From assembly GCF_006345805.1 (NCBI RefSeq), contig NC_042997.1, positions 107,942,001 through 108,006,000 of the forward strand: a stretch of 64,000 nucleotides of DNA, read 5' to 3'. The notes under the pieces are model-generated. The model searched no databases. It had not been told where the DNA came from and was given only the letters and a program-made list of their open reading frames with translations. The position numbers and the translations under genes are program-made. Numbering within the stretch: the first letter of the stretch is position 1; every line of letters begins with the position of its first letter. Of the stretch, positions 47,633-59,884 are shown piece after piece. Origin of the DNA: Octopus sinensis. Its lineage: Eukaryota.

Positions 47633-50600
47633 ATGACCGTGTTAAGGATCGCATGTTTGAATGTTCGTGGCCTGGGCTCAAAGAGGAAGCAGGCTTGCCT
47701 CCTCGACGACCTCAGGTCACACAGAATAGATGTGATGGTTGCTACAGAGACCAGGTTGGGCAAGCTGCAGGCCTTCTCGACCCTCCTGAACGACAACGAG
47801 AAAATAATTTCTCCTAGCCAGGAGGGAGGGAGTAGAGGGGTGGCAGTTTTGATCCGGAAAAGCCTGGCTCTGCAGACACGTACAATCTTCGTGAACCCGG
47901 AAGGCGAGTCGGTCGTTCTGGATCTAACGTACAGTGGTAAGGCCTTCAGGTTGGTTGGCATCTACGCGCCTGGGAATGCAGGCAAACGGGTTGACTTCTT
48001 TCGACGCCTGGAGAACTTTCTGGTGACATCGAGGACAGTAGTTGTGTTAGGCAACTTTAACGCTATACTGGAGGCATGATTGGATAGCGTTGGTTCGAAA
48101 GATAGAAAGGGTAACTCATGCCTCATCGATCTGATGAAGCGATTCAGGCTGGCAGATCGATATAGACTTGATCATCCGAGCGTTCCAATGGGGACATGAG
48201 CAAAAAACGACGGATCGATAGTGGTAAGTATTAGAGATAAGTCTAGTTTTACTTGTCCACAATTTACCTATGTACCCTACACGGATCACAAATTAGTGAC
48301 GTGTGGGGTGCATATAGATAAGGTACATAGACAGGGATCTGGCCATTGGAAGCTAAACAAGGCACTATTGGATTGTGAGGCATACTGTAGCCAGATTAAG
48401 GTATTAGTTAAGAGGACGCTAACCGGCGCTGTGATTAACAACCGGTGGTGGAGTGCCCTCAAAAGAGCCTTTCGGATTGAGTCAATTAGATTTAGCAAGC
48501 AGTTAAGTCTAGAGCAGACTAGAGTAGAAAGGGATCTAGTTAAGACATTAGAAGAGGCACTGAGATCGGGCCCTGTATCACAAGTGTTGGCGGCGCGAGC
48601 GGCTTTGGACCAACATCTCAATGCCAAGCACGAGGGATGCAGAGTCCGGGCTAGGATACGTGCCATGGGCCGTGAAGGTATCAATGTTACCAGATGGGCT
48701 CGCTCGGAAGAAACCCGACGTGGCATCGACGCTACGATTGGGTCTTTGGCAGATGAGTCCGGACAGGAGATCCAAGGACAAGAGGAGATATGCAAGGCCT
48801 TTCACAAGCACTTTGCCGCGTTGTTCGGGAGGAGCAGGACGTTGGACATGGAGATGCCTTACGGCGTTTTCTGACTGGCGTCCCGCGTCTTTCGGCCCGT
48901 GATGCTGAGCATTGCGAAGGACCAATCACGACTGAGGAGTCAGAGAGGTACTGACCGAGTGCCCCAGGGACAAGTCGCCGGGTCTGGATGGTCCTCCTTA
49001 CGAATTTTATAGTAGCATGCCAGACTTGTTCGAGAACGTACTGGCCAGAGTGTACACGAATTGGCAGCAGAATGGGAGGATTACCAAAGCTGTAAGCCGA
49101 GGAGTGGTGACACTGATCAGGAATGACCCGAGCAAGGGGGATGACGTCAATAATTTTAGGCCCATAACTCTGTTAAACACAGAGTTAAAGATTCTGGCTA
49201 AAGAGTTAGGGTTGTCGTGGGCGACCTGGTAGGAGAAGCACAGACATGTGCAGTCCCTGGAAGGACGATAGAAGACAACCTTCACCTCATTCGCTACACC
49301 ATAGAGCGGGTGGGTAAAATGCATGGCAATGGTGGGGCACTGGTGAATTTGGACCAGTCTAAGGCGTCTGATAGGGTTGACTACAAATATCTGGCGGCAG
49401 TCCTCCGGGTGACCGGATTTGGCCCGACCTTCCGACGCTGGATTAAAGCCATATATGGTAATATCGAATCTGTAGTCCGGGTGAATCGGTTCTTCTCGAG
49501 CCCCTTCGCGATCGAGCGTTCGGTTCGCCAGGGCTGTCCCCTGTCTCCACTACTGTATGTATTGGCGCTTGAGCCACTGCTGCGGAAGCTGAGGGACACG
49601 GGGAAGACCCGCGTGATCTGGGTTATAGAAGAAATGTGTCGGCATATGCGGATGACGTCACCATCACCGTAACTGATGAAGGGCATCAAAGGATACGAGA
49701 CGGTGGCAGGAGCCAAAATTAACCAGGAAAAATCAGTCGGCTTGCAACTCGGCACCTGGCAGGGCAAGGCGATGCCTCCCAACAGTGTTGTTGGGCGCTG
49801 GACGGAGGGCCCGGTTAAAATGCTCGGGGTCTGGTTCGGACCGGATCTCCAGGTGGAGAAAAACTGGAGTGAGGTGACGAGCAAGGTGACATCTATAGCC
49901 CAGAAGTGGTCTGGTAGGAAGTTATCCTTGTTGGGAAGGGCAGAGGTTGCGCAGGTGTTCATGGCATCTGTGATAACCTACCGCCTAACTGTCGTGCCTT
50001 GCCCCGGTTTGTGGCTGACCATGTTGGAGAGGATCCTTTTCCACTTTTTGTGGGGAAGTAGAACTCCACTTGTGAGGCGCTCCATCTGTTGCCAGAAACC
50101 GTTAAAGGGTGGGCTGGGGATGCCCTGGCGAATGATGCGCAAGTATGCACTGAGGCTGAGACATCCCCGGTGCCACCTGGATGGTGAGCAGGTGTGGTCA
50201 TCGCATGCCGAGCTGGTATTCCCAAAGGTAAAGTCACTTGTGGATTTAGGTGCATGGATCACGCGGAGACCCAAGCTGGGGAAATGGCGGGAGGAGTGCA
50301 AACAAGCACTTTCCCTCTTCTCTCGAGTGAGCAATGCTGACAGCAGGGTTACCACAGCGGGTTTTTATAGCGGTTTTGTAGAGCTTAAGTCCGACAACGA
50401 CCTGGGGGAGACTCTAGGCTTCGATAAGGGGCAGTTAGCTAGCCTGTTCGGGAGGACTTTTGGGTCGAGATTTCTGGATAACTACCAGAAATCTTTGACC
50501 TGGCTGTGCTACCGATCGGCTTTACCGGTTCGAGAAAGGTTGTCAAGGCATGGTATTGACACCTCCCCCACGTGTCCAAGGTGCGGGCGTGCTAGTGAAA

Positions 50601-51010
50601 CGGTTACGCACGCCTTCGTACACTGTGAGGAGTTGAGGGAGTTGATGGCCTTTGCCGAACAGCTGATGTCGGATGCAGAATCAGTACGGCTCTCGTCCGA
50701 GTCCATGATAAAGATTGTACCACCTTCCTCTTTCACCAAAGAAAAGAAGGTAGCTTTTCTCTGCATAGTAACCATATTGAAAGATGTGGTATGGAAGACA
50801 TGAGCGGAAGGAATCACAACAGGTCAATTCATCTCCGGACGTGGGCTGGTGAATTACTTCATCGCCCATCTTTCCAGCAAGATCCGTCTGGAGAGGAGGA
50901 GCCTGCCGCAAAGAGTTTTCGGTGAAATATGGATGGAAGTTGTAAGGAAGTTGAGTATGCAAGGTGCTGTGCTTGCACGGTCGGTCCACGTGCAAGGGAA
51001 TGGAAAGTAA
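47633..51010 (+). pseudogene. Tx1-like ORF2 (APE endonuclease, RT, zf-RVT-like C-terminus), disrupted
   Basis: MTVLRIACLNVRGL, ATET, IYAP, GNFN, YTDHK, WKLN (APE); KSPGLDG, NFRPITLLN, VRQGCPLSP, AYADD (RT); CPRCG..ETVTHAFVHC. Confidence 0.9.
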
Positions 51011-52093
51011 GCGCTTAAAAGGAAACCAACCGGCGGGTTAGTCTACTAACCCGGATAGAATAATGTAATACCCATCATATATATTTAATTTAATCACTCG
51101 TTTTCATATCATTTTATTCTCATGTATAAACCCATCCGTTTTTAATTTGTGTAATGGGCGCGTTTGACCCTTATATATTCCTTGTCTGTCCTTGTTTGTC
51201 CCCTCTATGTAAACCTTTATAGGAAAAATAAAGAAATCCTTTCGACTCCAGACCTTTTAAGGTCTAGTCATTGACCACAGAGCTACTCAGCGATGTTCCA
51301 GTTCCAGCGACAGACGACCAGCCTGCCAGCCATGCTCCTGCTTCAGCTACTACGACGCTAATGTACACCCGTAACACCAACTCCTTACGTACGGTCGTAT
51401 AACGCTACACCATCGTGTGGACCAGTCTTCGGTTGGGAAATGCTGGCGTTTTTTTCTCTATTTGCTGGAGAAAGAGATTGTGTAGGGACTGAAAGGACAG
51501 AAGACGAGTGCTCTCCTTTTCGGCATCATCGACTTTTTAGAAATAATTCCGTTTTGAAAAGAGAGATGAAGGTTTGAAAGGGATATGTTGACCCCCCACC
51601 CGCCACCAGTAAATTTGTTAAAAGGTAGATGAATATGGCGTTAGTAGGCTCATTCTAAGCTGGCGTCACTTGGTGAGGAGAGAGGGACTTCCCAAATCAT
51701 CATGGTACCTCAGATGATTTGGGAAACTAAGGATCTGTAGATTTCCTTGGTTACCCTAGGGTTTTGTATAATGTTTTATATATGTAAATCGCCACTGTCC
51801 TTTGTCTTTAAATTGTCCTAACAGTTTTTTTGTGAATAATGCTATTATATTAGAAATATTTATGTCGTTATTTTCAGGACCATCACCGAATAGAAATATG
51901 TTTAAAAATTGTGAATATCACAAGAGAGAGAGAGGGTGGGGAGCGCGCAATCATCGCCTTATGGAGGAATGTATTTGAAATGATAACTTTTTTGCTTGTT
52001 CACCGTTATTATGCGGAATATATTTATAAGTCTAATTTTTTTGCCTACTCACCGTTATTATGGCCACTGATTAAGGAGGAGAGCGAAGAAGCC

Positions 52094-52228
52094 ATGGGAG
52101 CTGGCAACACGAAGGCGGATGATTCGGTCAGTGCGAAATACTTTGACGAGAGCGAAAGGGTTAAAATCACCGAACTTTTTCTGAAGATATCAAAAGACAA
52201 TGAGACATTTACCAGGGAGCAATACAAG
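52094..52228 (+). CDS. MEAK7: First coding exon of a probable MEAK7/TLDC1 (mTOR-associated, TLDc-domain, N-myristoylated) ortholog
   Basis: Kozak gccATGG; MGAGNTKADDSVSAKYFDESERVKITELFLKISKDNETFTREQYK; Gly2 is compatible with myristoylation; donor AAG|GTAATA, phase 0. Similarity to vertebrate MEAK7 is recalled, not searched. Confidence 0.7.
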
Positions 52229-53040
52229 GTAATATTATTCGAATAATCATCACACGGCTGTCTTCATCCTCATCATATGGCAGGTGCTTCGAAGTTCACA
52301 ACATTAATTGTCATCATAAAACATTTATAGGAAATTTAGCCTGAAACAACCGTGGAAAAATACTCTTCTTGATTTTATTCGTTGTTTCCACCTCTACGTA
52401 TTTATCGAAAGGAGGCGGTTTTTTAATGTTATTTCTTCAAAATGTCTTTTTAAAAAAAATAATAGGATGCGCAAAAAAAAAAAAAAGAAACAGCTTGAAG
52501 CAATTCTACTTTAATTCGCATTGTTAATTCGTTTCCTGGTTAATGTTAATTATTAGTTTTATTTTAAAGCCACGACAAAATGCATGTCCTCTAAAATAAA
52601 AACTGACAATGTTAAATTAAGCAGTAACATGTTTGTAAACAAATTGAAATCGAAAAATAACAAACGAAGCAACAGACTGCAACCCAAAGCATGCATTTCT
52701 TGCTTATCTGGCATATGTGTGTGTGTATATATATATAAAATGATAAAGTCATACCGTTTTCTCTAATATTCATGCTATGAGATTGTGGCCCGATGACGAT
52801 CGTGTTGTAGCAAATTGTCCCACTTTCCCCCTACAGTTCTCTGTTTATTTCAACGACGGCCCCACCCTCACCGAATAATAAAATGAACGTTTTCTATTCA
52901 AATCTCCCCCACCTCTCCCGTTTCCTTTATCATTCTGTGCTCTACTCCTTATTTTACCGAACCTAGTTTTTAACACGAGTTCAATACCTAAGTAGGACAT
53001 CTGATAATCATCTCAGAAGTCGATATTAATAGTTTTTTTT

Positions 53041-53528
53041 TTTATTTGTTTCAGTCATTAGATTGCGGCCATGCTGGGGCACTGCCTTCAAAGATTTTTA
53101 GCCGAATAAATTGACTCCAGTACTAACTTTTTTTTGAATCTGGTATTTATTGTATCGGTCTCTTGCCGAACCGCTAAGTTACGGGGACGTAAACATACCA
53201 ACACCGGCTGTCAAGCGTTTGTAGGGGACAAACACACACACATATAGGCATATTAAAGATATTAAGAAAAACCCAGAAAAAACAACAAGTCAATTGGTCG
53301 TAAAAATGAATATTGACGCTCCATGGAAGTTTTAGCTGGAAAATAGGAGGGACGTTTTGACGGGCTTCTTTCAGTTTTCATTTACCAAATCCATTCACAA
53401 GGTTACAGGGCTTTGGTCAGCCCGAGGCTATTGTAGAAGACACTTGCCCAAGGTGCCACGCAATGGGATTGAACCCAGAACCATGTGGCTGGAGAGCAAA
53501 CTTCTTACCACACGACCACGCCTGCGTC
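53041..53528 (-). mobile_element. SINE S1 in MEAK7 intron 1, with about 110 bp of unrelated sequence in its middle
   Basis: Tail and head match the other S1 copies; 53250-53357 differs. Confidence 0.75.
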
Positions 53529-56239
53529 TAATGTTGTTAGTTATCAAGTCCCACTTATTTTGTTGCATGTTCGAATTCTATCATATTTCCTTAATTATAA
53601 ACGATCAGCTTTTGGAGGAAGCCAAAATAATTAAGTCACAATTAAATATTAGTGATTCTAAATCTTACGAAAGCCATTATTTCTAAACCCCTTAATGAGT
53701 TGCTCATTATATTTCATTCCAAGTCATGTTTTTTCTTATATTAAAAAACAAACTAAAATGTGTTATCTTTTCATTAGAAGAATTTTATATTTTTCTTAAC
53801 ACCTTCCCCCCCGCCAAAATTTTATCTTCTAGCAACATACTTTACCAAAACCGTTTCAATGTTTGTTATGCAGAGATAGGATGGGTGGGGTGGAAATCTG
53901 CATTTAAAGAACATTCTTTTGCGTGAACAGCCCTGAAATCATTTAGATGACTACCTGAAAGCGTTTCTTAGCAACTGAATGCCAACTCTTGTATTCTTTA
54001 TCTTTAATCACAGATTGTTGGTCTATTTACTGCCAAGATTATAAAGGCCTCACTCAACATATTCATAATTAAAATACTAACTCAATTAGTCACAGTCACC
54101 CGAAATGAAAATAATTACTTGAACCAGTCTCTGAAAATATTATCATCATTATTTTACATCTGTTTCCCATGATGGCATGGGTGAGATGGTGATCCAAAAG
54201 GACTGTGTGAAGCTTTGTGTGTCTGCTTTGGTATGGTTGGATGCCCTTCCTAATGCCAACCACTTTACAGAGTGGACTGGGTGCTTTTTACCTGGTCCCT
54301 AACACTACTGAGGTCACCAAGTAACTCACAAGACCCCTCAACAGGGAATTAGTATTGACAGTAAGCATGTCTAGGGGCCCAGTTGACTTACTTTCAATAA
54401 ATACTTCAGGACCTAGTGCATCGATTTGTCGGTAGGCCTATAATGCTGCAAAGGCATCTTGAGTATTGAGGAAGGTGGCTTTGTGCCAGGTGATGAGGTG
54501 TTAATGATGGGGGACAGGAACAGTGCCTTGCTGTAGGGGGGAAGATACAGGGTTACCCTGAGTTGGAGAAGGAGGATGGTGGTGAAGATGTATCAAGGTG
54601 TACCCTTAAGTAAGTTTATTTCCTGTACATTCTTAGTCTTTTATTGTACCCATACATCTACTACACGCAAACACTACTTGCTCTGTCAGCCTTCTTGGGA
54701 TACCTCTTATGTGTCCATTGCTTGCACCAAGTACACAATATGGAATTTCTACCTACACCTTTTGCCAGCCTCCTCTGGCCCCTGTGCCATACCATAGACA
54801 CCAAAAACATGAAATTTGTGGGGAGGGGTTAGTTATTTGCATTCACCCCAGTACTTGACTGGGGATGAACCCTGAAAGTATGAAAGGCAATCTCAGCTGT
54901 TAGTGACAATAGTTTTACTAAAATTGTTGTAAATGATGAGATATTTGATGTCTGCTGTAACTAAATCAAAGCAGAACTCCATATTTCCTTATCTTTGTGT
55001 GACACTTGTTACCTTTCTGAACTTCCTGGAACCATTTCACTTGTCATCTGTCCTTAATTATTAATATTCCTCTTCATATCCTTTTGTGCTACCAAAATAT
55101 CTCTCCTCAGCCATCACACACCTTTCACTATCATGTAACCTACTGACACATGTCATCTTCCTCTCTTTCATCCATTCTCTATCTACTATATTATTTCTAT
55201 TCTAGTACTCCTCACTCCATTTACTGTCAGTCATCACCTACACTCCCTTACCTTCCCACCATCTCTTGTATCATCAACCACCCTCCTCTCTTGCCCACTA
55301 TTCATTACTTCCACCCATCAACTTACATAATCTCTACAGCCGCCACCTACTTTTCCCTTCATCTAGTTATCAACTAATCATTAAACCATGTTCCTCCCCA
55401 TTTCCCATCTCTAACCATTCCTCACTCCCCTATTAAACTCTTACAAATTCTACCTATACTCCTTACTCTTATCACCACTTTCCTTTTTCACCTTCTTGTA
55501 CATTTAAGACCCATCCTTACCAGTTAAATCTGCTCTTTCATAACATGAGTAGCCATGTAGCAACTCTACAGCAAGAAACCTGTTCTATTTTGGCCTTTTC
55601 CCTCACACTTTAATCCCTCATCTAGCTTAAAATTTTCCCTAATCCCACTTAGTTGAAAGGGTTCATTGCCTTGTGAACTCATAATGACTTCACAAGGTAC
55701 CGTGAGAAAAAAAAAAGCTCCCAGTACAATCTATAAAGTGATTGGTGTTAAGGTTGTAGAAACCATACTAAAGGGGACATTGGAGCACAATGCAATCCTT
55801 GACTCAAACAATCCAATGTCTACCAACATGGAAGATGAACATGGGAAGGGTGTTCCCCCCTCCTGGCTTTCACAGAAGGAGGAAAAGCATGTCTGCATGG
55901 TTTTCACAGACAGAGGATGGAGACATGTCTCCATTGTTCTGAGGAAAGATATGTCTGTTTGACCTTCACAAACAAGAGGAGGGCATGTCCCCACTATGGC
56001 CCTCACAGGCTGATGGGGGGTCTCAGGCCTCTCTGGACTTGTGAATGCAGTTAATGTTCTTCAACTGTTGCAATTTGACAGCTGCAGGGGAAAATGTGAG
56101 GAAATTTCAGAAGGAGGAATTCAAACAAATTGTAGAGGAAGAATTGAGTTGGGTCTGGTGTGACTGAATGGAGGTGGGCCTGAGAGGAGAGAGACCACTT
56201 GGATTGGATTTGATTTCATGAATGTAGAGTTCTGGAACT

Positions 56240-56618
56240 AGGCATGGGTGGTTGTTTGCTTCCACATGGTTTCAGGTTCAGTTCCACTTTGTGGAACCTT
56301 GGGGCAAATATCTTCTATTGCAACATGGGACCGGCCAAAGACTCAAGTGGATTTGGTATATGGAAACTAAAAATGCCCTTCATACATGTGTGAGTGTTTG
56401 TGTGTCTTTGTGCCTGTCTTTCCCACCACTGCTTGACAACCGGTGTTGGTGTGTTTACATCCCTGTAACTCAGCAGTATGGCAAAAGAGATTAATAGAAT
56501 AAGTAGCAGGCTTAAAAATAATAGCAAGTCCTGGGGTCAATTCATCTGATGAAAATTTCTTCAAGGCCGTGCTCCAGCATGGTCGCAGTCTAACAACCGA
56601 AACAATTAAAAGTAAATA
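56240..56618 (+). mobile_element. SINE S1 (diverged), followed by SINE S2 on the minus strand at about 56645-56850
   Basis: CCACATGGTTTCAGGTTCAGTTCCAC...GCTTGACAACCGGTGTTGG...GTGCTCCAGCATGG. Confidence 0.75.
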
Positions 56619-56946
56619 TAAAAAATCCCTGAATTGGAAATATACTTTTTTACTCTAGGCACAAGGCCTGAAATTTTTGGGGAGAGACCAGTCGATTAAG
56701 ATTGACACCAGTATGCAACTGGTACTTAATTTATTGACCTCGAAAGGATGAAAGGCAAAATTGACTTCGGTGGAATTTGAACTCAGAACGTAAAGGCAGA
56801 CAAAATACTGCTGAGCATTTCATCCGGTATGCTAACAATTCTGCCAACTCCCTGAATTGAAAATATTGACCAACAAATCTGTGCAGGATAAATATCTTCC
56901 AATAATTTCCAAATCTGTTGTTGAATTTTATTTTTATCTGTTTCAG

Positions 56947-57222
56947 GAATACATCAAGAATAAGCTCAATGATGATATTGCTCAGAACTTCTATGAACAT
57001 ATCCTTTGTTCACAAAGCAGATGTCCATCTCGGGGTTATATACCACACCATAATGTGACTGTATCACATTTGAAGTTCAGTGACAGCCTAGCCTCTCTTT
57101 TGAAGGGCAGCGTGGAGGAAAAAGGTAAGGCTGTCATTGCTCTTTGTAAAAGGAAGACTGCAGCAAAACCCCCAGCCACAATCCCAAGGCCAGAATCCAT
57201 TCAGTTTGAAGCTTTGCTACAG
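56947..57222 (+). CDS. MEAK7: Second coding exon of the probable MEAK7/TLDC1 ortholog
   Basis: Acceptor TTTTTATCTGTTTCAG|GAA; donor CAG|GTAAAA; 276 nt, phase 0/0. FSDSLASLLKGSVEEK resembles the MEAK7 motif FTASMSHLLKGNSEEK as I remember it. Confidence 0.72.
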
Positions 57223-57404
57223 GTAAAAATGAAACTTTAAAGGATTTTACAAAAGTTTGAATTTTAAAAAAACTTTAAATTAAAATTTTTCTTTTAAATT
57301 TTTATTTGATGAAAGTGAAATATGTTTTCAAATGAAATTCAGGAGAAATCAAGTTGAAAAACTAAAACAACAATTTGGAATTGGATGAATGAGTCTTTCA
57401 TGTA

Positions 57405-58617
57405 TCAGGTCATTAAGAATGAAATGTCCAATTTCCTTCTGCACCAAGTTTCACAGTCGTTAACTCTAATGTTATATCCTGACAATTCTTTGTTTTACAA
57501 CATTGAAGAGTTACATCATCACTTTTCGAAATACAATTCATGGTGTCTGATTATAATGGTGAGTTTTCTCTTGTAAATGAATCTTTTTGAATCCACGAAT
57601 ATGAGATTTGTTGTGGAACCAATGCATCCCAAACAGCTCGAAAACATCAATGAGGTGTTTGGTGAAGATGTGGCGAATGAGTGCACTGTACGTCGATGGT
57701 TTGAGAAGTTCTGGTCTGGTGACTTTACTCTTGAAAATCAGTGCTTTGGTAGACCTGAGACCAATGATGAACTGGAAACTGTAGTGAAAGTGAATACATC
57801 TCAAACTATGTGTGAGTTAGCAGCAGGGTTTGATGTTTCAATTCTAACTGTATTGGACCATCTGAAACAAAAGTTGGTAGGTACCAAGTGGGTACAAGCA
57901 TCACATGACACATAGTCTTCAAACTTGCTGTTCTTTGCTGTCACGGCATAAAAATGAACCATTGTTGCATCATACTGTTATGAAGAATGTGATGAAAAAT
58001 GTATTCTTTTCAACAATAGCAAGTGTTCTGCATAGTGCCAAAACACAATCCCAAAAAGAATATTCACCAAGAAAAGTTAATGGTATCTGTTTGGTGGTCC
58101 TGCACTGGTGTCGTCCACTATAGCTTCATGAGACCTGGTAAGTTAATTACAGCGGATGTATGCATCAACCAATTGGATGAAATGATGAATGAACTTGCAA
58201 TTAAACAACCAAGATTGGTCAACAGAGACAGGCCAATTCTCTTGTATGACAATGCTTGACCACATAATGCACAAAGAACATTACTCATGTTACAGGAACT
58301 GAACTTGGAAGCACTCTGTCATCCATCATATTCACCAGACCTTGCACCAACTGACTATCCTGCTTTCCAGGCATTAGACAACTTTTTGCAAGGAAAAAAC
58401 TTCAAATCTGAAGAAGATGCAAAAACAGCCTTTTATGATTTCATCACCTCGTGCTCTCCAGAATTCTTCACTGCTGGCATAAATAAGCTACCGATAAAAT
58501 GGCAAAACTGTGTTGATAATTTAGGTGCATACTTTGATTAACTGCATTGCTTTTTGTTGAGAGAAAGTAAAATAAACTTTTGGTTCAAAATTGGATATTT
58601 CATTCTTAATGACCTGA
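57405..58617 (+). mobile_element. Full-length mariner (DD34D-type) with disrupted transposase, in MEAK7 intron 2
   Basis: 30-bp TIRs at 57405-57434 and 58588-58617 (1 mismatch), TA on both sides. NINEVFGEDVANECTVRRWF (HTH), LLYDNA*PH, HPSYSPDLAPTDY. Confidence 0.92.
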
Positions 58618-59504
58618 TATATTGTGAGAGAAGTGAAAGAATGTGTCTGTCAACCAAGGGAGTACATGATGGAAGGGAACAGTGTGAAGCAGGTAACCTA
58701 TTTAGGCTGTTCTTATGTCAGAAAATGGTCAATGACTTTGCTAATGCCATAAGCTGCAGAATTGCCTTTACAAGCGATCCACACAAAAAAACCATTCTGG
58801 TGCTCATTTAGGAGAGAATTACATTCCTGGTAATTACATTTAACACCATCTTCAGCATAAATTGACACAGCACTACATGCCTGTCTGTTAGTCTTGTACC
58901 TCCTGAAACCAAATAAATTCAATCAAGTTTGTTTACATTCATTTTAAAGAAAGTTATGAAGAGCAGGAGGCTTTAAACTATTCCCTTCTTATTTATTTAC
59001 ATTTAATGCCCCTTTCTCTATCATTTAATGTGTTATCTCCACCCACACGTCACCAAATTTTTCCAGATTTTTTCCAGTTTTCCTTGAAAAATAGCTGCTG
59101 ACCATTGTTTGAGTGACAATATATTCAATGATTTAATCTTTGAATTAAAGGCAGATAAGGCTTTCAAGAGGATAACTAGAGTGATATATTCGTTTCTTCT
59201 GTGTAAACTTGGTGTCTGATTTGATCCATCCAGTTTTTCAAGTGACTTGAATGAACTCAGGTAATTATCTGAAGAATAGTTGGACACATGTTAACCTTTG
59301 GCAAGCATTGTTGGTCCAAAAATACCTGTAGAATTAAATCTAATAAACATGGACATACAAGCATCACAAATGAAAATAAAGTATTTTTCTCCTGATGTTA
59401 AAAGTTGAAGATGTTGATGGATGTTTACAACTGTTTTTATTATCTTTCGGAAATTGCAAGTGAGGAAGTCCAGTGTGATTGTGACAGTGGCACTACCTGG
59501 CAAT

Positions 59505-59720
59505 CATCATCATCATCATCGTTTAATGTCTGCTTTCCATGCTGCCATGGGTTGGATGGTTTGCCTGAGAGCTGCACCAGGCTCCAATCCTATCTGGCAA
59601 AGTTTCTACAGCTGACTGCCCTTCCTAACGCCAACCACTCTAAGAGTGTAGTGGAGGCTCTTTACATGCAACCAGCACGTGAGCCAGTTAGGCGGCACTG
59701 GCATTGACCACACTTGATTG
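59505..59720 (-). mobile_element. SINE-like repeat with (GAT)n tail; related fragments at about 54145-54330 and 61745-61925
   Basis: Shared TGCCCTTCCTAA(C/T)GCCAACCACT...AGAGTG core. Confidence 0.6.
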
Positions 59721-59884
59721 GTGTTTTTAACGTTCCACTGGCATGGGTGCAAATCAGGCAGTACTGTCATTGGCCACAACAACAATTTCACTTGCCTCAA
59801 CAGGCCTTCACAAGCGCAGTTTAATGCCCAATGATTGAAGGGTACTCATAAATGGGCTGGTTATGCTACTCTGAGACATAGGCC

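Larger units (their letters stand above)
45869..51238 (+). mobile_element. Full-length Tx1/L1-clade LINE (disrupted) with candidate 9-bp TSD CTTTCGACT
   Basis: CTTTCGACT at 45860-45868 and 51239-51247; two-ORF layout; 3' end AATAAAGAAAT. Confidence 0.85.

Noticed and set aside
47452-50995. Long minus-strand ORFs opposite Tx1 ORF2
   Set aside because: Antisense shadows of the GC-richer LINE coding sequence.
51911-52093. Upstream in-frame extension of the MEAK7 first exon (ORF from 51911)
   Set aside because: The ATG at 52094 has a strong Kozak context and yields Gly2; the upstream part has no coding character.
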